From NCBI GenBank assembly GCA_041746255.1, contig JBGTHM010000121.1:1-24230 (forward strand): 24,230 nt of DNA. The letters run 5' to 3'. The position numbers were made by a program, and so were the translations under genes. Position 1 is the stretch's first letter. Every line of letters starts with the position of its first letter. This document shows positions 18,015 to 24,230 of the stretch, piece by piece. This DNA is from Fibrobacteria bacterium. Lineage in GTDB: Bacteria; Fibrobacterota; Fibrobacteria; UBA11236. The notes under the pieces were generated by a model that was not told where the DNA came from, did no database searches, and saw only the letters and a list, made by a program, of their open reading frames with translations.

Positions 18015-18965
18015 ATGGACATACCTAAAACCCTCCCGATAGAGCAATTGACCGGAATTTTCCGGCTCCTAAGCGATGAAACCCGTCTACGGATTCTGGC
18101 CGCGCTGCAAGACAATGAATTGGCGGTGGGCGAGCTGCAAAAAATTCTGGGCTTGGGACAAAGCACCCTATCGACTCAACTCGGGCTTATGAAGGATCAA
18201 GGCCTGGTCGCGAGTCGAAAGGAAGGCCAGAAAGTCTATTACCGCATCCCCAGGGATTTCCAGCCCGAGGCTTCCGCTCCCCTTTTGGCCAATGTCTTGG
18301 ACAGCCTCCATACCGCGAAATGGTATGCACGTGATCAGCGCAGTTTACAGAACGCCTTGCGCGAACGGGCGGAGTCTTCGCGGCAGTTTTTCAACAAATT
18401 GGCGAACCAAAACCTTCCCGCTCCGGGGCAAACCTGGAAGGCGCTTTCGCTGGGCCTGCTCAAACTCATTCGTGGCAAGCGCATCGTGGATTTGGGGTGC
18501 GGCCACGGCAGACTGACCTCTCTCCTGGCTCAAGGCGACAATGCCGTCACGGGGGTGGACAATAGCGAAGAGCAAATTCGTTTGGCGCGAGAGCTGCATG
18601 GCCAAGGCGCATCGGCGCCCGTTTTCCTGCATGCGGGCATGGAGGACACCGGCCTTTCCGCGAACAGCTTCGATCTAGTCGTGTTATCCCAATCCTTGCA
18701 CCATGCCGCCAAGCCCTTCGAGGTGTTGGCGGAAGCGCACCGTCTCTTGACCCCGGGCGGTCTTTTGCTGATTTTGGATTTGCTGCAACATGAAGAGGAG
18801 TGGATGCACGACCGCTTCGGGGATTTCTGGTTGGGCTTCAGCCTTGAGGAACTGCGTTCCCAATTAATCAAAATCGGCTTCTCGCACGTGCAGGCCGAAA
18901 TAACCGGCGGTTCGAAATCGCATCCGGAGATCGAAGGCATTCTGGTCACCGCGGAAAAAGGATGA
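18015..18965 (+). CDS. sahR: ArsR-HTH plus SAM-methyltransferase-fold regulator (SahR/SamR-like methionine-cycle regulator)
   Basis: N-terminal [10 protein letters not shown]...ELAVGEL..IL...QSTLS.QL. C-terminal VDLGCG.G, SQSLHHA and H.EEW.....GD.WLGF. ATGA overlap with metH. Confidence 0.82.
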   Translation: MDIPKTLPIEQLTGIFRLLSDETRLRILAALQDNELAVGELQKILGLGQSTLSTQLGLMKDQGLVASRKEGQKVYYRIPRDFQPEASAPLLANVLDSLHTAKWYARDQRSLQNALRERAESSRQFFNKLANQNLPAPGQTWKALSLGLLKLIRGKRIVDLGCGHGRLTSLLAQGDNAVTGVDNSEEQIRLARELHGQGASAPVFLHAGMEDTGLSANSFDLVVLSQSLHHAAKPFEVLAEAHRLLTPGGLLLILDLLQHEEEWMHDRFGDFWLGFSLEELRSQLIKIGFSHVQAEITGGSKSHPEIEGILVTAEKG

Positions 18966-21900
18966 AAATGGTAAATAAAGTGACGAAAAGAAAAAAAATA
19001 TGGGGTGCGGAAAGCCCCGTGGTGACCGAAGCGAAAAAGCGCATCCTTTTCCTGGATGGAGCCATGGGAACCATGATCCAGAAATACGCTTTGGGCGAGG
19101 AAGATTTCCGGGGCGAGCGGTTTAAGAATCACGCCATTGAGTTGCGGGGAAACAACGACTTGCTGTGCCTCACGCGCCCCGATGTGCTCGATGAAATCCA
19201 TCGCGCCTATCTCGAAGCCGGCGCGGACATTCTGGAAACCAATACCTTCAGCAGCAATAAGGTTTCCATGGCCGACTATGGCCTGGAGGCTTTTTGTTAT
19301 GAGTTGAATCTCGAATCGGCCCGACTGGCCAAAAAAGCCTGCGTGGATTTCACCGCAAAAAATCCCGACAAGCCCCGCTTCCTCGCCGGTTCCATAGGTC
19401 CCACCACGCGCATGTCCTCGATATCGCCCGACGTGAACGATCCCGCCTTTCGCAATATGGATTTCAGCACTCTGGTCGAAGCCTTTACCGAGCAGGTCAA
19501 GGGCCTTATCGAGGGCGGGTGCGATTTGCTGTTGGTGGAAACCGTCACGGATACGCTCAATTGCAAGGCGGCGCTTTTCGCCATCGACCGATTCTTCGAA
19601 GCCACGGGAAAAGAGGTTCCCGTGATGGTTTCCGTGACCATCACCGATAGAAGCGGGCGCACGCTGACCGGACAAACCGCGGAGGCGTTCTGGATTTCCA
19701 TCAGCCATGCGCCGGTTTTCAGTGTGGGCATCAACTGCGCCCTGGGCGCCGAAGACATGCGTCCCTACGTCGAAGAGCTTTCACGGGTGGCCCCCTGTTT
19801 TCTCAGTTGCCACCCCAACGCGGGCCTGCCCAACGAGTTCGGAGGCTACGATCAAAGCCCCTCCGACATGGCCAAGCATATCGACGATTTCGCCCGCAGC
19901 GGATTTCTCAACATCGTGGGCGGATGCTGCGGCACCACTCCGGATCACATCCGCGCGGTGGTGGAAGCCGCCCGGCCTTACAGTCCCCGTGCTCTCCCCG
20001 TAGTCGAGCCACTGCTGCGCCTTTCCGGGCTGGAGCCCCTCGAAGTGCGGCCCGACGCGAATTTCGTAAACGTGGGCGAGCGCACCAATATCACGGGTTC
20101 GCCCAAGTTTTCCAAAGCCATTCTCTCCGGCGATTACGATGCCGGCGTGGCCATAGCCCTTCAACAAATCGCCGGCGGGGCGCAGATTTTCGACGTGAAC
20201 ATGGACGAAGGGATGCTCGATTCCGAGGCGGCCATGGTGCGGTTTTTGAATCTGGTCTCGGCCGAACCCGATATCATCAAACGGCCGGTGATGATCGATT
20301 CCTCCAAATGGTCGGTAATCGAAGCGGGTTTGCGTTGCGTGCAGGGAAAAGGGGTGGTCAACTCCATCAGCCTCAAAGAAGGCGAAGAGGCCTTCAAAGA
20401 ACGGGCGCGCGAAGTGATGCGCTACGGCGCGGCCGCCGTGGTCATGGCTTTCGACGAAAAAGGCCAAGCCGATTCCTTGGAGCGCCGCAAGGAAATTTGC
20501 AAGCGCAGCTATGACATCCTGGTAAACGAGGTCGGCTTCCCTCCCGAGGACATCATTTTCGATCCCAATATCCTCACCGTGGCGACGGGCATGGAGGAAC
20601 ACAATAATTATGCCGTCGATTTCATTGAAGGCGTGCGCTGGATAAAACAAAATCTTCCGCATTGCCATGTCAGCGGCGGAGTCAGCAATATCTCCTTTTC
20701 CTTCAGAGGCAACAATCCCATCCGGGAGGCCATGCACTCCGCCTTTCTTTACCATGCCGTCAAGGCGGGGCTCGATATGGGCATTGTGAACGCGGGCATG
20801 TTGCAGGTTTATGAGGATATTCCCAAAGACTTGCTGGAAATGGTGGAAGACGTGCTGCTCAACCGGCGTCCCGACGCCACCGAACGGCTGGTCACTTTCG
20901 CGGAAACTTATAAGCAATCGGGACGCGCCAAGGCCGATACCGAAGCCTGGAGGGCGGGCACCGCCGAGGAAAGGCTGTCTCACGCCCTGGTTAAAGGCAT
21001 TGTGGAGCATATCGATGGGGACGTTGAAGAAGCACGCCAAAAATATCCGGATTCGCTAAGCGTAATCGAAGGTCCGCTGATGGCGGGTATGGGTGTGGTG
21101 GGTGATTTGTTCGGATCGGGACAAATGTTTCTGCCCCAGGTGGTTAAAAGCGCGCGCGTGATGAAAAAAGCCGTAGCCTACCTGCTTCCCTTTATCGAAG
21201 CCGAGAAGAAAGCCGGTGGGAATAGCCGGGCGGCCGGAAAAATTCTCATGGCTACGGTCAAGGGCGACGTGCATGATATCGGCAAGAATATCGTAGGCGT
21301 AGTGCTGGCTTGTAACAATTATGAGGTCATCGATTTGGGCGTAATGGTTTCCGCCACGAAAATCCTGGAAACCGCGAAAAGCGAAAAGGTGGATGCCATC
21401 GGGCTTTCCGGTCTCATCACGCCTTCGCTGGACGAGATGGTGCATGTGGCCAAAGAGATGCAACGCGAGGGCTTCACCATACCTCTGCTTATCGGAGGGG
21501 CTACGACCTCGGTAGCCCACACGGCCGTAAAAATCGCGCCCGCATATCAGGGGCCTGTGGTGCATGTGCTGGATGCCTCTCGCAGCGTGCCGACCACTTC
21601 CAATCTTTTAAGCGATGAATTGCGCGGACCTTTCCTGGAAAAAGTGAACGCTCGCTATGACAAGGTCAGAGAAGATCACCATAGCAAACATGCCGAGAAG
21701 GATTTGCACGCGATTGATGCCGCGCGCAAACTCGGTATGCCGTCGGATTGGCAGGCTCTGGCGGCTGCGGGTGCTATTCCAGCTCCGAAAACCTTAGGGG
21801 TGCAAACTTTTGACGAATATCCGCTGGCGGAGATATGCGAGTATATCGACTGGACCCCTTTTTTCCAGACCTGGGAACTCGCTGGCCGCTATCCCCGGAT

Positions 21901-22696
21901 TCTGGAAGACAAGGTGGTGGGCGTCGAGGCGCGCAAACTCTTCGACGACGCGCGCGCCTTGTTGGATAAAATCGTCGCGGAAAAAAGACTCACCGCCCGG
22001 GCCGTAATCGGACTTTTTCCCGCCAACAGCGTTGGAGACGACATCGAAGTGTATTCCGACGAATCGAGAAAAGAAGTGCGCTGTGTATTCCATACTATCC
22101 GTCAACAAACGCGGAAGGCGGAAGATCAACCCTCCCTGGCCTTGGCTGATTTAATCGCCCCCAAAGAAAGCGGGGTCGCGGATTATGTCGGCGGCTTCGC
22201 GGTAACCGCCGGAATCGGATTGGAGAAATGGGTGGAGGCTTTCGAAGCCGATCACGACGATTATAACAGCATCATGATGAAGGCGTTAGCCGACCGCTTG
22301 GCCGAGGCCTTCGCCGAGCTCATGCACCGTAAGGTCCGCAGGGAACTTTGGGGCTATGCGCCGGATGAGAAGCTTGGAGGCGAAGAATTGATCCGGGAAA
22401 AGTATCGAGGCATAAGGCCGGCGCCGGGTTATCCCGCCTGCCCGGATCATACCGAGAAGGAAATACTTTTCCAATTGCTCGACGCCACCAAAAGAGTCGG
22501 AATTAAGCTCACGGAAAATTTCGCCATGTATCCCACTGCGGCTGTAAGCGGATTTTATTTCGCCCACCCGCAGTCCCGCTATTTCGGGGTAGGCAAAATC
22601 GGGAAGGATCAAGTAGAAGATTTGGCGCGCCGAAAGCATATGACGGTAGAGACTTTGGAGCGTTGGCTTTCGCCGGTATTGGCTTATTCGCATTAA
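18962..22696 (+). CDS. metH: Cobalamin-dependent methionine synthase
   Basis: [27 protein letters not shown]12-binding GDVHDIGKN and SGLITPS, and activation domain [14 protein letters not shown]. Confidence 0.99.
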   Translation: MKMVNKVTKRKKIWGAESPVVTEAKKRILFLDGAMGTMIQKYALGEEDFRGERFKNHAIELRGNNDLLCLTRPDVLDEIHRAYLEAGADILETNTFSSNKVSMADYGLEAFCYELNLESARLAKKACVDFTAKNPDKPRFLAGSIGPTTRMSSISPDVNDPAFRNMDFSTLVEAFTEQVKGLIEGGCDLLLVETVTDTLNCKAALFAIDRFFEATGKEVPVMVSVTITDRSGRTLTGQTAEAFWISISHAPVFSVGINCALGAEDMRPYVEELSRVAPCFLSCHPNAGLPNEFGGYDQSPSDMAKHIDDFARSGFLNIVGGCCGTTPDHIRAVVEAARPYSPRALPVVEPLLRLSGLEPLEVRPDANFVNVGERTNITGSPKFSKAILSGDYDAGVAIALQQIAGGAQIFDVNMDEGMLDSEAAMVRFLNLVSAEPDIIKRPVMIDSSKWSVIEAGLRCVQGKGVVNSISLKEGEEAFKERAREVMRYGAAAVVMAFDEKGQADSLERRKEICKRSYDILVNEVGFPPEDIIFDPNILTVATGMEEHNNYAVDFIEGVRWIKQNLPHCHVSGGVSNISFSFRGNNPIREAMHSAFLYHAVKAGLDMGIVNAGMLQVYEDIPKDLLEMVEDVLLNRRPDATERLVTFAETYKQSGRAKADTEAWRAGTAEERLSHALVKGIVEHIDGDVEEARQKYPDSLSVIEGPLMAGMGVVGDLFGSGQMFLPQVVKSARVMKKAVAYLLPFIEAEKKAGGNSRAAGKILMATVKGDVHDIGKNIVGVVLACNNYEVIDLGVMVSATKILETAKSEKVDAIGLSGLITPSLDEMVHVAKEMQREGFTIPLLIGGATTSVAHTAVKIAPAYQGPVVHVLDASRSVPTTSNLLSDELRGPFLEKVNARYDKVREDHHSKHAEKDLHAIDAARKLGMPSDWQALAAAGAIPAPKTLGVQTFDEYPLAEICEYIDWTPFFQTWELAGRYPRILEDKVVGVEARKLFDDARALLDKIVAEKRLTARAVIGLFPANSVGDDIEVYSDESRKEVRCVFHTIRQQTRKAEDQPSLALADLIAPKESGVADYVGGFAVTAGIGLEKWVEAFEADHDDYNSIMMKALADRLAEAFAELMHRKVRRELWGYAPDEKLGGEELIREKYRGIRPAPGYPACPDHTEKEILFQLLDATKRVGIKLTENFAMYPTAAVSGFYFAHPQSRYFGVGKIGKDQVEDLARRKHMTVETLERWLSPVLAYSH

Positions 22697-22802
22697 AGTT
22701 CGCGCCTAAAACGAGAATTCAAAGCTCTAAAAACACAAAATTCTGCCCCTGGGTCTCTAATCGGATACCCATTCGGCACAGAGCGGTTGTTACTTTCAGG
22801 GT

Positions 22803-23222
22803 ATGAAACGTTTCATACCCTGGTCGGCATTGGGCTTGGCGGCAAGCCTCGGTACCGGTACGCCTCTTTTCGCGGCGGGAGTGGACGATATTCTCATCGT
22901 GGATGATCCGCTTCCGGCATCTGCCCCACAAAAAAAACGCGTACCTACCGCAGCTTCGACTGCGTCTACGAATCGCTCGCTCGGAAAGTCTTCCCAACTA
23001 AAGTCCGCCCACATCCCGGATTCCCAGCCAAAGGCTGTACGCATCGATGGAACAGACTCTTCCTCTCAAACCTTTTCTCAGTCACCCGAATTCGATTCCA
23101 GAGGTACGGGTGGTGATACGGGGGTAGATTTCCTCGTCGGGCCCAGTCGCCATCTACTGGAGAACCCCGGACAGTTACTGGTATGTCCCCCGGTACCGGA
23201 AACGGATGCGCTCCGGTATTGA
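22803..23222 (+). CDS. Exported hypothetical protein, Ser/Thr/Pro-rich
   Basis: Signal-peptide-like N-terminus MKRFIPWSALGLAASLG...LFA. No recognised domain. Confidence 0.55.
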   Translation: MKRFIPWSALGLAASLGTGTPLFAAGVDDILIVDDPLPASAPQKKRVPTAASTASTNRSLGKSSQLKSAHIPDSQPKAVRIDGTDSSSQTFSQSPEFDSRGTGGDTGVDFLVGPSRHLLENPGQLLVCPPVPETDALRY

Positions 23223-23363
23223 TACTTAGTGGGCATCTCTATCTTTGCATCCCCTTCCCGATAAAAAATCAGACACTGTCAAGTATTACTCTTCGTAGCG
23301 AAGGTTCTCATGACAAGTTGTCAGTTTTTATCCGGAATTGTCTTCGATTGTCATTAATAGGGA

Positions 23364-23392
23364 TTGAATACACGGTTTACAGTATTTAGTTT
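23364..23392 (+). promoter_or_regulatory. Putative sigma70 promoter for the outer-membrane protein gene
   Basis: TTGAAT (23364-23369), 17-nt spacer, TAGTTT (23387-23392). Confidence 0.45.
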
Positions 23393-23515
23393 AAACGCCC
23401 ATTGGGTGAGGTTCATTTTTTTATCGAAAGTCACCCAAGATAAAGGCAGCCCTTTTTCCGGACAATTCGAAGAAGGGGTAACCTGAAATGGCTCAAAACT
23501 AGAAGAGGAGAATCT

Positions 23516-24004
23516 ATGTTCAAGTTCAATAAAATGTTCCTGGCCCCCGCTGTTCTTGCAGCCGCAATCTTGGCTCCCAACACGTACGGCCAACTGGTCG
23601 GCGTGGGCTATAGCGGCACGGATGAAGTGATCACCGCCCGTATCGGCGTGGGCGCCAACCTGGTAACCGTCGGCTTAGGAGGTATGTTCGACTCCGATGT
23701 ACCTGCGAATGCTCCCGCTTTTGAAGCGCGCTTCGTTTTAGGTTTTCTGGGCCATTTGCATAATTGGGAACAGGTAAACACCTATTTCAATGCTCAGATC
23801 ATGGGAGACTTATTCGACCGGGACGAGGATAATTTTGAATTGGCGGCTTTCGTCGGCTTGCAACCCGAAGTTACCTTGTTCGACCACATCGTGCTTTCCA
23901 CCCGTTTCGGACTGGAAGCGCCGATTATGCCCGCATTCTCCATCGGCACCGACGGTCGGTCCATCAGCGTCGTAAGCGGCGTAGATTTCACCATCAAGTT
24001 TTAA
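23516..24004 (+). CDS. Small outer-membrane beta-barrel protein
   Basis: GAGGAG RBS, signal peptide, alternating amphipathic strands and C-terminal GVDFTIKF (terminal Phe). Confidence 0.8.
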   Translation: MFKFNKMFLAPAVLAAAILAPNTYGQLVGVGYSGTDEVITARIGVGANLVTVGLGGMFDSDVPANAPAFEARFVLGFLGHLHNWEQVNTYFNAQIMGDLFDRDEDNFELAAFVGLQPEVTLFDHIVLSTRFGLEAPIMPAFSIGTDGRSISVVSGVDFTIKF

Positions 24005-24029
24005 TTTCAGTTTAGTCTGATTTTACCAG

Positions 24030-24061
24030 AGCCGACGGAGTGAATCCGCCGGCTTTTTTTT
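24030..24061 (+). terminator. Rho-independent terminator
   Basis: AGCCGACGGA-gtgaa-TCCGCCGGCT followed by a T-run. Confidence 0.85.
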
Positions 24062-24087
24062 GTCTGCGGCTTCTCCATCCAGGGCAT

Positions 24088-24230
24088 TAAGAGTGCCTAA
24101 CAGAATGGGGTTTGTAGCGAGGGCGAGCGAGGAAGTTCAGGGCGAGGCCCGAGGCCTTGAGAACCCTGAAGGCGTGGCTGGAGGCCACGTCGATGGGTTT
24201 GAAAGGTCGAGAACGACGCCCTGGACTTTC
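24088..24230 (+). repeat. Long nested hairpin element (MITE/REP-like or structured RNA), probably continuing past the window end; left boundary uncertain
   Basis: Nested stems 24131-24144/24217-24230, 24153-24158/24203-24208, 24161-24166/24195-24200 and 24171-24178/24184-24191. Confidence 0.6.

Noticed and set aside
18015..18965. Arsenic-sensing ArsR controlling the arsM cassette
   Set aside because: No Cys in the HTH region (ELAVGEL rather than ELCVCDL), a fused methyltransferase fold and coupling to metH all indicate a SahR-type regulator.
18530..21040. Long minus-strand ORFs 18530-19708 and 19781-21040
   Set aside because: These are antisense shadows of sahR/metH with no recognisable motifs.
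22697..23515. Cobalamin or SAM riboswitch near metH
   Set aside because: No B12-box or SAM-I core sequence was recognised here or upstream of sahR-metH.

Overview
Bacterial chromosomal segment, possibly from Fibrobacterota or another FCB lineage. That placement is an inference from a T9SS-like C-terminal domain, a DUF3078 barrel and a GltF-like protein. Left to right the window holds: a secreted PQQ-sugar-dehydrogenase-like beta-propeller; an arsM / AhpD-like / arsS organoarsenic (arsenosugar-type) cluster; a DUF3078 barrel; an FKBP PPIase; a DCC-family oxidoreductase; a membrane protein; a minus-strand run of hypothetical-ftsX-envC-holB-recJ; tsaD; a small secreted protein; malQ; an Irr-like Fur regulator; a sahR-like gene coupled to metH with a visible 20-bp operator; two exported proteins; and a structured repeat cut by the window end. 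The most unusual element is the intact 594-aa ORF at 12010-13794. By eye it aligns to an AEP-type primase fused to a DnaB-type helicase, with the catalytic motifs of both domains replaced. All protein calls are by motif recognition; no database searches were run.
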